IMG/VR virus record: IMGVR_UViG_3300029613_000341
Location: 1-42,454 of that record
Origin: a virus
Taxonomy: Duplodnaviria; Heunggongvirae; Uroviricota; Caudoviricetes
Length of the DNA: 42,454 nucleotides
Strand: one strand, 5' to 3'
In this document: one piece after another, positions 27,722 through 38,800 of the stretch
How the letters are laid out: each line of letters opens with the position of its first letter
Numbering within the stretch: the first letter of the stretch is position 1
Position numbers and translations under genes: made by a program
Notes under the pieces: generated by a model
What the model was told of the DNA's origin: nothing
The model's input: only the letters and a program-made list of their open reading frames with translations
Database searches by the model: none

Positions 27722-28880
27722 ATTCATTAATTTTCTTAAAGTATGAGTCTATTTTTTCAATTAATAAATTGATGCTTTTTATAAATTCTTTTGTTTCTTT
27801 CTCTGTTGGTTCATGTGATGTATGAGCTATTTTGTCACGTAATTCTTTCCTATTTTTATTTGCATGTTGCCACTCAAGTGGCGCAATTTCGGGTACAGAG
27901 ATGTTAAAGAGTTGTTTGAATAGTTTTTTACATCTATCATCGAACTTCCAGTTTTTATTTAATGTTTCTTTTGTCTGGCATTCATTGATACCATTGCGAT
28001 GAAAGGCATTAATAATTTTTCTGAGAATATAGCTTTCAAGGCCTGCTGATGCTTCAATTACGGCTGATCTAAATGCACCTTTATGAACAAGATTGTCTGC
28101 TCTAATCAATAATAGTTCAGGATGTTCATTGAATTCATTTGACATTAAACGTTTTTTGAAATTATCAATGAGACTTTCATCGTGTTTATACCAGCTTTCT
28201 CTCATTAATGGGGTGATTACTCCAACTAAAGGAATTGCACTTATCTTAATACCATCGCAATAATGCTCTTGTAACACTCCGTTGGTAAATCCTGAGCCAA
28301 CTTGATAAAGAGATATCTCGTCTGCAAATTGATCTTTAAAGGCAACTCTATACTGTTTTATAAAGTGGTTTATTATTCCGATGCATTCCTCTGATCTTTT
28401 AGGTGGAAATATCTCTCTAGCAGTTTTTATTTTTCTCTCTAACTCTATTTTTTTATCTATATCTTGCTGGCTCATTTTGGATAGGAACATCTCAGCATCT
28501 TCCACAGATGGGAAGTTATCTTCTTTCCTTATTTGGTTTCTTATAGAGTTGATTAGTTCTTCATGTGATATTTCTAAAAGGTCAAAACATTCCCAATAGT
28601 TGGCGAGAGAAATAATAGTCCGGCATTTCATTATCCCTCTTTCATTTGTGTGATGTGGTAGTAGTTGTTCTCTGGTACCGATTAATAGGGTTTGAGGGAA
28701 TAAGCTTGCATCTTTAAATAGTGCATAGTAATCGTTGTGAACTGTTAAGCGTAAATGGTTATTTTCATATAGAAAATCATAATCACCATCTGGAATATTG
28801 AGGACATAAGGCAACTCGACCAAGTAACGTGCAGCAAAGATCATTTCAGTCATCTCCATATGAGAATTCAATTGTGCCAA
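27699..28880 (-). CDS. Hypothetical 393-aa protein (moron between S and V, antisense to the late operon)
   Basis: Long minus-strand ORF in the otherwise plus-strand late region; very AT-rich; occupies the slot I recall as orf30 in P2; no motif I recognise. Confidence 0.55.
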   Translation of the reverse strand: MAQLNSHMEMTEMIFAARYLVELPYVLNIPDGDYDFLYENNHLRLTVHNDYYALFKDASLFPQTLLIGTREQLLPHHTNERGIMKCRTIISLANYWECFDLLEISHEELINSIRNQIRKEDNFPSVEDAEMFLSKMSQQDIDKKIELERKIKTAREIFPPKRSEECIGIINHFIKQYRVAFKDQFADEISLYQVGSGFTNGVLQEHYCDGIKISAIPLVGVITPLMRESWYKHDESLIDNFKKRLMSNEFNEHPELLLIRADNLVHKGAFRSAVIEASAGLESYILRKIINAFHRNGINECQTKETLNKNWKFDDRCKKLFKQLFNISVPEIAPLEWQHANKNRKELRDKIAHTSHEPTEKETKEFIKSINLLIEKIDSYFKKINESNESKNS

Positions 28881-28935
28881 AAATCATACACTGCCACAAC
28901 GATGAAAAAAAATCTTGCTTTGCAACTATAGAAGG

Positions 28936-29514
28936 ATGAATGCACAACTAACCGAAATCATGCGCCTTATCACCAACCTGATCCGCACTGGTGTAGTCAC
29001 CGAAGTGGACAGGGAAAACTGGCTTTGCCGGGTGAAAACAGGCGACTTAGAAACCAACTGGATCAGCTGGCTGACCCTGCGTGCCGGGAATGCCCGGACA
29101 TGGTGGCGACCATCGGAAGGTGAGCAGGTGGTGCTGCTGAGTCTGGGCGGCAATCTGGAGACCGCCTTTGCGCTGCCCGCTGTCTATTCGAATCAGTTCG
29201 CACCACCGTCGACGTCGGCGGACGCCTGCGTGACAGAACATCCTGACGGTGGCTGGTTTGAATACGAACCCGCCACCGGGCGCTGGTATGTCAGGGGCAT
29301 CAAATCCATGGTTATTGAGGCTGCCGACAATATCACCCTGAAAACCAGTGAGTTTGTGCTGGAGGCTGACCGCACGCGTATTAATAGTGAAGTAGTGATC
29401 AATGGCGGCGTTACCCAGGGCGGCGGTGCGATGAGTTCTAACGGGATCGTGGTTGATGCGCATCAGCATACTGGCGTCCTGAAAGGCGGCGATACAACCG
29501 GAGGCCCGGTATGA
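28936..29514 (+). CDS. V: Baseplate assembly/spike protein V (P2 gpV family)
   Basis: ATG at 28936 with AGAAGG RBS; conserved position; glycine-rich C-terminus. Confidence 0.85.
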   Translation: MNAQLTEIMRLITNLIRTGVVTEVDRENWLCRVKTGDLETNWISWLTLRAGNARTWWRPSEGEQVVLLSLGGNLETAFALPAVYSNQFAPPSTSADACVTEHPDGGWFEYEPATGRWYVRGIKSMVIEAADNITLKTSEFVLEADRTRINSEVVINGGVTQGGGAMSSNGIVVDAHQHTGVLKGGDTTGGPV

Positions 29515-29870
29515 CGCTTTATAGCGGGATGAACAATACCAGCGGTAAAGCCATTACTGATATTGACCATCTGCGCCAGTCGGTGCGGGACATTCTGCTG
29601 ACACCGCAGGGTAGCCGCATTGCTCGCCGGGAATATGGTTCCCTGCTGTCGGCACTGATAGATCAGCCACAAAATCCGGCATTACGCCTGCAGGTCATGT
29701 CGGCAGTGTATGTGGCGCTGAGTCGCTGGGAGCCACGGCTGACGCTGGATTCCATCACCATCAACAGCAATTTTGACGGTTCAATGGTGGTGGAGCTGAC
29801 CGGGCGGCGGAATAACGGTGTGCCTGTTTCCCTTTCCGTATCAACAGGAGCAGAGAATGGCAGTGATTGA
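29511..29870 (+). CDS. W: Baseplate protein W (P2 gpW family)
   Basis: 119 aa; conserved position with overlapping stop/start. Confidence 0.85.
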   Translation: MTLYSGMNNTSGKAITDIDHLRQSVRDILLTPQGSRIARREYGSLLSALIDQPQNPALRLQVMSAVYVALSRWEPRLTLDSITINSNFDGSMVVELTGRRNNGVPVSLSVSTGAENGSD

Positions 29871-30765
29871 CCTTTCGCAGTTACCTGCGCCGCAGATTGT
29901 GGATGTGCCGGACTTTGAGACGCTGCTTGCCGAACGCAAGGCAGAATTTGTGGCGCTTCATCCGAAAGATGAGCAGGAAGCAGTGATGCGTACGCTGGAA
30001 CTGGAATCTGAACCCGTCACCAAATTGCTGCAGGAGAACGCTTACCGTGAGTTGCTTCTGCGCCAGCGCATTAACGAAGCCGCGCAGGCTGTGATGGTGG
30101 CTTACGCGATGGGCGGCGATCTTGACCAGCTCGCTGCTAACTACAACGTGAAACGCCTGACGGTGACACCTGCTGATGATGACGCTGTACCGCCCGTTGC
30201 GGCTGTGATGGAAAGTGATGAAGCGTTACGCCTGCGTGTGCCTGCAGCCTTTGAAGGGCTTTCTGTTGCTGGGCCAACTGCCGCTTATGAGTTTCATGCA
30301 CGAAGCGCCGACGGTCGGGTGGCGGATGCCAGTGCAACCAGTCCGGCACCTGCAGAGGTGGTGCTTACGGTCCTAAGCCGTGAAGGCGACGGAACAGCAG
30401 AAAAAGACCTGCTGGATGTGGTGGAGAAAGCCCTGAACAGTGAGAACGTCCGCCCGGTGGCTGACCGTCTGACGGTTCGCAGCGCGGAAATCATCCCGTA
30501 CCGCGTGGAAGCCACCATTTTTCTCTATCCGGGGCCGGAAGCAGAGCCGGTAATGGCAGCGGCAAAAGCCAGCCTGCAGAGGTACATCGCCAGTCAGACG
30601 CGGCTTGGTCGGGATATTCGCCGTAGCGCCATTTTTGCCGCGCTGCATGTTGAGGGTGTTCAGCGTGTGGAACTGGCTTCCCCGCTGGCGGATGTGGTCC
30701 TGAACAAAACGCAGGCGGCATCATGTACGCAGTGGAGCGTGACCAACGGGGGAACGGATGAATAG
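29857..30765 (+). CDS. J: Baseplate protein J (P2 gpJ family)
   Basis: ATG at 29857 with AGGAG RBS; ~302 aa. Confidence 0.85.
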   Translation: MAVIDLSQLPAPQIVDVPDFETLLAERKAEFVALHPKDEQEAVMRTLELESEPVTKLLQENAYRELLLRQRINEAAQAVMVAYAMGGDLDQLAANYNVKRLTVTPADDDAVPPVAAVMESDEALRLRVPAAFEGLSVAGPTAAYEFHARSADGRVADASATSPAPAEVVLTVLSREGDGTAEKDLLDVVEKALNSENVRPVADRLTVRSAEIIPYRVEATIFLYPGPEAEPVMAAAKASLQRYIASQTRLGRDIRRSAIFAALHVEGVQRVELASPLADVVLNKTQAASCTQWSVTNGGTDE

Positions 30766-31363
30766 TCTGCTGCCACCGGGTTCAACGCCACTGGAGCGCC
30801 GACTGGCGCAAACCTGCAGCGGGATTTCTGATCTGCAGGTGCCGCTGCGTGACTTGTGGAATCCGGCAACCTGTCCGGTCAGTTTCCTGCCTTATCTCGC
30901 CTGGGCGTTCTCTGTGGATCGCTGGGACGAGGGCTGGACAGAAAGCGTCAAACGTCAGGTGGTGAAGGATGCTTTTTATATTCATCAGCATAAAGGAACC
31001 ACCAGTGCCGTGCGGCGGGTGGTGGAGCCGTTCGGCTTTCTGATCCGCATTATTGAGTGGTGGCAGACCGGAGAGGCACCGGGCACGTTTCGTCTGGATA
31101 TCGGCGTGCAGGACCAGGGCATCACTGAAGATACCTATCTGGAACTTGAGCGACTGATAAGCGATGCCAAACCATGTAGCCGTCACATGATCGGCATGTC
31201 CATCAACCTGCAGACTAGCGGCCCGCACTGGGTGGGAGCCGCCAGCTATCTTGGCGAAGAAATCACGATCTATCCGTATATCAACGAAACAATTATTTCC
31301 GGCGGCACCGCGCATGAATGCGGGGCGGTCCATGTTATTGACACAATGAGAGTGAATCCATGA
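30758..31363 (+). CDS. I: Baseplate/tail protein I (P2 gpI family)
   Basis: 201 aa; conserved position between J and H. Confidence 0.8.
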   Translation: MNSLLPPGSTPLERRLAQTCSGISDLQVPLRDLWNPATCPVSFLPYLAWAFSVDRWDEGWTESVKRQVVKDAFYIHQHKGTTSAVRRVVEPFGFLIRIIEWWQTGEAPGTFRLDIGVQDQGITEDTYLELERLISDAKPCSRHMIGMSINLQTSGPHWVGAASYLGEEITIYPYINETIISGGTAHECGAVHVIDTMRVNP

Positions 31364-32901
31364 GCACAAAATTTTATACCCTGCTGACGGATATTGGCGC
31401 GGCGAAACTTGCCAGCGCCGCCGCGCTCGGTGTGCCGCTAAAAATTACCCATATGGCGGTGGGCGATGGCGGCGGAGTATTGCCGACGCCGGACGCAAAG
31501 CAGACTGCACTGGTAAATGAGAAACGCCGGGCTGCGCTGAATATGCTCTATATCGACCCGCAGAACAGCAGCCAGATTATTGCTGAACAGGTGATCCCTG
31601 AAAACGAGGGCGGTTGGTGGATACGTGAAGTGGGCCTGTTTGATGAGTCAGGGGCATTGATTGCCGTGGGGAACTGCCCGGAAAGCTATAAACCGCAACT
31701 GGCTGAAGGCAGCGGGCGCACCCAGACCGTGCGCATGGTGCTGATTACCAGCAGCACGGAAAATATCACCCTGAAAATCGATCCTGCTGTAGTGCTGGCA
31801 ACCCGCAAGTATGTGGATGACAAGGTACTGGAGCTGAAGGTGTATGTGGATGACCTGATGGCAAAACACCTTGCCGCACAGGACCCACATTCACAGTATG
31901 CACAGAAAGAAAGTCCGACGTTTACCGGGACACCCAAAGCGCCAACGCCAGCAGCAGGGAATAACACCACGCAGATTGCGACCACCGCGTTTGTTCAGGC
32001 GGCACTGATGGCCCTTATTAATGGTGCGCCAGCCACACTGGATACGCTGAAAGAAATTGCCGCTGCCATTAATAATGACCCGAAATTCAGTACCACCATT
32101 AACAATGCGCTGGCACTGAAAGCGCCGTTGTCGAGTCCGGCACTCACCGGAACGCCAACAGCCCCCACGGCGGCGCAGTCGGTCAACAATACACAGATTG
32201 CCACTACGGCTTTTGTGAAATCGGCGATTGCGGCAATGGTGGGTTCTGCACCTGCGGCACTGGATACACTGAACGAACTGGCGGCGGCGCTGGGGAATGA
32301 CCCGAACTTTGCCACGACAATGCTTAATGCACTGGCAGGTAAACAACCGCTGGACAATACGCTTACCAATTTGAGTGGAAAGGATGTAGCTGGTCTTCTC
32401 GCATACCTTGGTTTGGGAGAAGGTTCGGCATTACCCGTTGGTGTGCCTGTTCCGTGGCCTTCAGCCACACCGCCTACTGGCTGGCTGAAATGCAACGGTG
32501 CGGCTTTTTCTGCCGTTGAATATCCAAAACTGGCGAAGGCTTACCCGACAAATAAATTGCCTGATTTACGTGGTGAGTTTATTCGTGGCTGGGATGATGG
32601 GCGCGGGGTAGATTCTGGTCGTTCCCTACTTTCGGCACAAAATAGTCTTTCTTTCGATCACCGTCATTTCTTACCAACTGCTTACGGAAGTGGTGGTGAT
32701 GGATTGATGTCTGCTGTTTTCAAAGATGACAATAGTGCAATGTCATACTATCCAGCAGGAACAAATGAATATAATGCGAGTCCATCATCAGGGACAATCC
32801 TCCAAACATATTCAGCGAGAAATACTGATGGTTCAGATAAATTCGGTAACGAATCACGTCCACGAAATATTTCATTTAATTATATCGTGAGGGCTGCATA
32901 A
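31360..32901 (+). CDS. H: Tail fibre protein H (conserved N-terminal anchor, divergent C-terminal receptor-binding part)
   Basis: 513 aa; P2 H-like N-terminus (MSTKFYTLLTD.GAAKLA.A...G); internal ~40-aa repeats; AT-richer C-terminal part. Confidence 0.85.
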   Translation: MSTKFYTLLTDIGAAKLASAAALGVPLKITHMAVGDGGGVLPTPDAKQTALVNEKRRAALNMLYIDPQNSSQIIAEQVIPENEGGWWIREVGLFDESGALIAVGNCPESYKPQLAEGSGRTQTVRMVLITSSTENITLKIDPAVVLATRKYVDDKVLELKVYVDDLMAKHLAAQDPHSQYAQKESPTFTGTPKAPTPAAGNNTTQIATTAFVQAALMALINGAPATLDTLKEIAAAINNDPKFSTTINNALALKAPLSSPALTGTPTAPTAAQSVNNTQIATTAFVKSAIAAMVGSAPAALDTLNELAAALGNDPNFATTMLNALAGKQPLDNTLTNLSGKDVAGLLAYLGLGEGSALPVGVPVPWPSATPPTGWLKCNGAAFSAVEYPKLAKAYPTNKLPDLRGEFIRGWDDGRGVDSGRSLLSAQNSLSFDHRHFLPTAYGSGGDGLMSAVFKDDNSAMSYYPAGTNEYNASPSSGTILQTYSARNTDGSDKFGNESRPRNISFNYIVRAA

Positions 32902-33503
32902 TGGGTGGAGCTGTATTAAATGATGCGCTGATCGCGGTAAAGGCAGGGGATATTACCGTTTATAACTATGATAATGGGACACAGGAATATATCTCAACAT
33001 CAACCGAATATCTTGCTGTCGGTGTCGGTATCCCGGCATGTTCTTGTTTAGATGCACCTGGTACACATAAAACGGGTTATGCAATTTGCCGCTCAACGGA
33101 TTTGAACTCGTGGAAATATGTGCCAGATCATCGCGGTGAAATTGTTTATAGCACCGAAACGGGAGAACCAAAAGAAATCACAGCGCCAGGGGATTACCCT
33201 GAAAATATGACCACTATCGCTCCGTTAACGCCATACGATAAATGGGATGGTGAGAAATGGGTAACCGATACCGAGGCACAATACGGTGCCGCAATAGAAG
33301 CGGCAGAAGCACAGCGCCAGTCACTGATTGATACTGCAATGGCTTCCATTAGTCTGATTCAACTGAAATTGCAGGCCGGGAGGAAGCTGACGCAGACAGA
33401 AACCACCCGACTAAACGCTGTGCTGGATTACATTGACGCGGTGACGGCAACGGATACCAGCGCTGCACCTGACATTAACTGGCCCGAGATACCACAATTT
33501 TAA
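32901..33503 (+). CDS. G: Tail fibre assembly chaperone (gpG/Tfa family)
   Basis: 200-aa ORF immediately after H, start overlapping the H stop. Confidence 0.7.
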   Translation: MGGAVLNDALIAVKAGDITVYNYDNGTQEYISTSTEYLAVGVGIPACSCLDAPGTHKTGYAICRSTDLNSWKYVPDHRGEIVYSTETGEPKEITAPGDYPENMTTIAPLTPYDKWDGEKWVTDTEAQYGAAIEAAEAQRQSLIDTAMASISLIQLKLQAGRKLTQTETTRLNAVLDYIDAVTATDTSAAPDINWPEIPQF

Positions 33504-33638
33504 ATTCCTACCCCCGCGTCTGCGGGGCTTATTTCATCCTGCCGTTGTACCATTCTCCATACAAAACCCAATTCGTGCATCCTGTGCGCATCAACCAGAA
33601 CATAGGCAGACCCCCTCTACAACCGGAGAGACTGCCTT

Positions 33639-34811
33639 ATGGCTCAGGATTACCACCACGGCGTGCGCGTTGTTGAAGTCAACGAAGGCACCCGATCCAT
33701 TACCACGGTGAGCACCGCCATCGTGGGCATGGTCTGTACGGGCGATGATGCCGATGCAAAAATGTTTCCTCTTAATAAACCCGTACTGATCACTGATGTG
33801 CTGACTGCCAGCGGTAAAGCGGGTGAGTCAGGCACGCTGGCTCGTTCGCTGGATGCCATCGCTGACCAGGCAAAACCCGTGACCGTTGTTGTGCGTGTGC
33901 CGCAGGGTGAAACGGAAGACGAAACCACGACCAATATCATCGGCGCAGTGACTGCTGAAGGTAAAAAAACAGGTATGAAAGCCCTGTTATCTGCACAGGC
34001 TCAGCTCGGCGTTAAACCGCGCATTCTCGGCGTGCCAGGCCACGACACCAAGGCGGTAGCTACTGAGTTGCTGAGCGTGGCGCAAAGACTGCGTGGATTT
34101 GCTTACCTGTCAGCGTATGGCTGCAAGACGGTACAGGAGGCGATCACTTACCGTGAAAACTTTAGCCAGCGCGAAGGGATGCTGATCTGGCCTGACTTTA
34201 CTGGCTGGGACACGGTGCTGAATGCCGAAGCAACGGCATATGCCACCGCCCGTGCGCTTGGTCTGCGCGCCAAAATTGACGAGCAGACCGGATGGCACAA
34301 AAGCCTGTCCAACGTGGGCGTGAACGGTGTCACCGGAATTTCTGCAGATGTGTTCTGGGATCTGCAGGACCCGGCAACCGATGCAGGTCTGCTGAACCAG
34401 AACGACGTCACCACACTTGTGCGTAAAGACGGTTTCCGCTTCTGGGGTTCCCGCTGCCTGAGTGATGACCCGCTCTTTGCCTTCGAAAACTACACCCGCA
34501 CGGCGCAGGTGCTGACGGACACGATGGCAGAAGCGCACATGTGGGCGGTGGACAAACCGCTGAACCCGTCGCTGGCGCGCGACATTATCGAAGGTATCCG
34601 CGCCAAAATGCGCAGCCTGGTCAGTCAGGGCTATCTCATTGGTGGTGATTGCTGGCTGGACGAGTCGGTGAACGATAAAGACACGCTGAAAGCCGGGAAG
34701 CTCACCATCGACTACGACTACACGCCAGTGCCGCCACTTGAAAACCTGATGCTGCGCCAGCGCATCACCGATCAGTACCTGGTGAATTTTGCCAGCCAGG
34801 TCAGCGCGTAA
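33639..34811 (+). CDS. FI: Tail sheath protein FI (P2 gpFI family)
   Basis: 390 aa; extensive recalled similarity to P2 FI ([55 protein letters not shown]). Confidence 0.9.
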   Translation: MAQDYHHGVRVVEVNEGTRSITTVSTAIVGMVCTGDDADAKMFPLNKPVLITDVLTASGKAGESGTLARSLDAIADQAKPVTVVVRVPQGETEDETTTNIIGAVTAEGKKTGMKALLSAQAQLGVKPRILGVPGHDTKAVATELLSVAQRLRGFAYLSAYGCKTVQEAITYRENFSQREGMLIWPDFTGWDTVLNAEATAYATARALGLRAKIDEQTGWHKSLSNVGVNGVTGISADVFWDLQDPATDAGLLNQNDVTTLVRKDGFRFWGSRCLSDDPLFAFENYTRTAQVLTDTMAEAHMWAVDKPLNPSLARDIIEGIRAKMRSLVSQGYLIGGDCWLDESVNDKDTLKAGKLTIDYDYTPVPPLENLMLRQRITDQYLVNFASQVSA

Positions 34812-34820
34812 GGGGACAAC

Positions 34821-35336
34821 ATGGCTTTACCACGCAAATTAAAACACCTGAACCTGTTTAACGACGGGAACAACTGGCAGGGGATCGTTGAGTCGCTGAC
34901 ACTGCCGAAATTCACCCGCAAATATGAGAAGTATCGCGGCGGCGGAATGCCGGGTGCAGTGGATGTGGATCTGGGGCTTGATGACAGTGCTCTGGACACA
35001 GAATTTTCCATTGGTGGTACTGAACTGCTGCTGTTTAAGCAGATGGGCAAAGCCACTGTGGATGGCATCCAGCTGCGCTTTACCGGCTCTATCCAGCGTG
35101 ACGATACCGGGGAAGTGCAGGCTGTGGAGCTTGTGGTGCGTGGACGTCACAAAGAAGTGGATTCCGGCGAGTGGAAGACGGGCGAAAGCAACACCACCAA
35201 AGTGACCAGCACTAACAGCTACGCGAAGCTGACCATCAATGGTGAGGTGCTCTATGAAGTGGACCTCATCAACATGGTGGAGATCGTGGACGGTGTGGAC
35301 CTGATGGAAGCACACCGTAACGCCCTCGGCCTCTGA
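34821..35336 (+). CDS. FII: Tail tube protein FII (P2 gpFII family)
   Basis: 171-aa ORF directly after FI. Confidence 0.85.
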   Translation: MALPRKLKHLNLFNDGNNWQGIVESLTLPKFTRKYEKYRGGGMPGAVDVDLGLDDSALDTEFSIGGTELLLFKQMGKATVDGIQLRFTGSIQRDDTGEVQAVELVVRGRHKEVDSGEWKTGESNTTKVTSTNSYAKLTINGEVLYEVDLINMVEIVDGVDLMEAHRNALGL

Positions 35337-35389
35337 TGTATCTGACGGCGCGGAATACCGCGCCAGAACCTAATTTACAGGACAGCAAA

Positions 35390-35692
35390 ATGAGCGATAA
35401 GCAGACTGAAAAGACCATTCAACTGGATACCCCTATCAAGCGTGGTAAAACAGAAATCACCGAAATTGTGCTGCGCAAACCGCAGTCCGGTGCGCTGCGC
35501 GGTACACGCCTGCAGGCGATTATGGATATGGATGTGAACGCGATGATGACCGTGATCCCCCGCATCTCCAGCCCGGCACTGACTGCACAGGAAATTGCAG
35601 AGATGGACCCGGCAGATCTCACTGCCATGTCGGTTGAGGTTGTCACTTTTTTGTTGAAGAAGTCGGTACTTGCCGGTTTACCGACAGCCTGA
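35390..35692 (+). CDS. E: Tail assembly chaperone E (P2 gpE family)
   Basis: ATG at 35390; conserved position before the tape-measure gene. Confidence 0.8.
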   Translation: MSDKQTEKTIQLDTPIKRGKTEITEIVLRKPQSGALRGTRLQAIMDMDVNAMMTVIPRISSPALTAQEIAEMDPADLTAMSVEVVTFLLKKSVLAGLPTA

Positions 35693-35826
35693 CGGTTGAC
35701 GATCTGGTGGCAGATATCGCCACCATTTTTCACTGGCCGCCATCCGTTACTGACGTTATGCCGCTGACCGAAGTGCTGGAATGGCGGTATAAAGCGATTC
35801 AGAGAAGCGGGGCCAACGATGAGTGA
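35390..35826 (+). CDS. E+E' fusion made by -1 programmed ribosomal frameshift at a TTTTTTG slippery site (35647-35653)
   Basis: Slippery heptamer near the end of E; hand translation shows the -1 frame open from 35650 to a TGA at 35824-35826, overlapping the start of T. Confidence 0.6.
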
Positions 35827-38800
35827 TAATAACCTGCGTCTGCAGGTCATTCTTAATGCGGTTGACAAACTCACCCGCCCATTCCGTGCTGCACAGGCCA
35901 GTTCGAAAGAGCTGGCTGGCGCAATTCAGAATACCAGAAACAGCCTCAAAGAACTGAATAAGCAGGCTGGCAGAATTGATGAGTTTCGCAAGACTCGCTC
36001 GCAACTAGCCATAACAGCCAACAACCTGAACGCAGCCCGCGAAGAGGCGGCAAAACTCGCCACACAATTTGCTGCCACTAACAGGCCAACCGCCGCGCAG
36101 GCAAAGTTATTCAGTCAGGCCAAAACACGAGTACAGGAACTTCAGCAGACCTATAACGGCTTGTTGGGGGCGGTCCAGAGACAACGTCAGGCACTTAAAG
36201 AATCAGGGATTGATACCAGGCAACTCAGTAGTGCCCAGCGAGAACTTAAGAAAAATGCTGAAGAAACAAGTCAGGCACTGGAGGGCCAGCAAAAAGCACT
36301 TAAACGTCTGGGTGAACAACAGGCACGGATGAACGCTGCCAGAGAACAATACTCAAGACGGCTTGAAGTGCGCGATCGCATCGCAGGAGCCGGAGCCACC
36401 ACCACGGCTGCAGGGCTGGCAATGGGCGCACCAGTGATGGCGGCGGTAAAAAGCTATACCAGCATGGAAGATGCCATGAAAGGTGTGGCAAAGCAGGTCA
36501 ATGGTCTGCGTGACGATAATGGCAACCGCACTGCACGTTTTTATGAAATGCAGGATGCCATCAAGGCTGCCAGCGAACAGTTGCCGATGGAAAACGGTGC
36601 GGTGGATTTCGCTGCACTGGTTGAAGGTGGTGCGCGCATGAACGTCGCAAACCCTGACGACAGCTGGGAAGACCAGAAACGTGACCTGCTGGCCTTCGCT
36701 AGTACGGCAGCAAAGGCGGCAACAGCCTTTGAGCTGCCAGCGGATGAACTGTCAGAAAGTTTGGGGAAAATCGCCCAGCTCTACAAAATCCCTACCCGCA
36801 ATATTGAACAGCTCGGTGATGCGCTGAACTATCTGGATGATAACGCCATGTCGAAAGGGGCAGACATTATTGATGTCATGCAACGTCTGGGCGGTGTGGC
36901 GGACCGTCTGGATTATCGTAAAGCGGCGGCGCTGGGTTCCACCTTTCTGACACTGGGCGCTGCGCCGGAGGTTGCAGCCAGTGCAGCAAACGCGATGGTG
37001 CGTGAATTGTCCATTGCCACCATGCAGAGCAAGAGTTTCTTTGAAGGGATGAATCTGCTGAAACTCAATCCTGAAGTGATTGAAAAGCAGATGACGAAGG
37101 ATGCGATGGGAACCATCCAGCGCGTGCTGGAGAAGGTGAACGCACTGCCGCAGGACAAGCGTCTGTCTGCCATGACCATGTTGTTTGGTAAAGAGTTTGG
37201 CGATGACGCGGCGAAACTGGCAAACAACCTGCCGGAACTGCAGCGCCAGTTAAAGCTGACAGCGGGCAATGATGCGCTCGGTTCCATGCAGAAAGAATCC
37301 GACATCAACAAGGACTCACTTTCTGCTCAGTGGTTGCTGGTCAAAACCGGAGCGCAGAACACCTTCAGCAGCCTGGGTGAAACGCTGCGCCAGCCGCTGA
37401 TGGATATTCTGTACACGGTGAAAAGCGTCACGGGGGCGTTGCGTCGCTGGGTGGAAGCTAACCCGGAACTGACGGGCACACTGATGAAAGCAGCGGCTGT
37501 TGTGGCTGCGGTTACCGTGGGCCTCGGCACCTTAGCGGTGGTGTTAGCTGCAGTGCTGGGGCCGCTGGCAGTGATCCGTCTGGGGTTCTCTGTGCTGGGT
37601 ATCAAAACGTTACCTTCCGTTACGGCAGCAGTAACCCGAACCAGCAGCGCGTTGTCCTGGCTGGCTGGCGCACCACTGGCACTGCTGCGACGCGGGCTTG
37701 CTTCATCGGGCAACGCCGCAGGTTTACTTACTGCGCCGTTGTCGTCTTTGCGCCGCACGGCATCACTGACGGGAAATGTCCTGAAAACTGTAGCAGGTGC
37801 GCCGGTTGCACTTTTGCGGTCTGGATTATCCGGTTTACGTGCTGTTGCTGTGATGTTTATGAATCCTCTGGCGGTACTGCGCGGTGGACTGGCCGCCGCA
37901 GGCACGGTGCTGCGAGTACTGGCATCTGGTCCACTGGCGATGCTGCGCGTTGCCCTGTATGCCGTATCTGGTCTGTTAGGTGCTCTGCTCAGTCCGATAG
38001 GTCTTGTGGTTACTGCACTGGCGGGCGTGGCGCTGGTTGTCTGGAAATACTGGCAACCCATCACCGCATTTCTTGGTGGCGTGGTGGAAGGATTCAAAGC
38101 GGCGGCAGGTCCCGTCAGTGCAGCATTCGAACCGCTTAAGCCCGTGTTCCAGTGGATTGGCGACAAAGTACAGGCGCTGTGGGGCTGGTTTACTGATCTG
38201 CTGACGCCCGTTAAGTCGACCTCTGCCGAACTGCAGAGTGCAGCGGCAATGGGACGGCGATTCGGGGAGGCACTGGCGGAAGGGCTGAATATGGTCATGC
38301 ATCCGCTGGACTCCCTGAAATCCGGCGTTTCCTGGTTGCTGGAGAAACTCGGCGTTGTCAGTAAAGAGGCCGCAAAGGCGAAACTACCGGAAAGTGTGAC
38401 GCGTCAGCAACCTGCGACGGTGAATACAGACGGTAAAGTGATGATGCCATCGGGTGGTTTTCCGTCATGGGGATATGGCTTTGCGGGGATGTATGACAGC
38501 GGCGGCTATATCCCGCGCGGGCAGTTTGGCATCGTCGGTGAAAACGGGCCGGAAATTGTTAACGGCCCGGCAAATGTGACCAGCCGGAGAAATACAGCTG
38601 CACTGGCTGCCGTTGTTGCCGGAATGATGGGCGTTGCTGCCGCGCCAGCAGAGCTTCCACCGTTGCACCCTTTGGCACTTCCCGCGAAAGGTGGAGAAGC
38701 AATTGTGAGTCGCGCAGCCACTGTGCCGCCCGTTTACAGGATTGAGGCACCGACGCAGATCATCATCCAGACGCAGCCAGGACAAAGTGCGCAGGATATT

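Noticed and set aside
29047-32495. Antisense ORFs across the V, W, J, I and H genes (for example 29047-29469, 31995-32495)
   Set aside because: Embedded in conserved baseplate and tail-fibre genes; no independent support.
36913-38785. Long minus-strand ORFs (up to 323 aa) opposite the tape-measure gene
   Set aside because: The tape-measure gene is Ala/Gly-rich and repetitive, which generates long antisense ORFs; the plus-strand reading is the conserved one.
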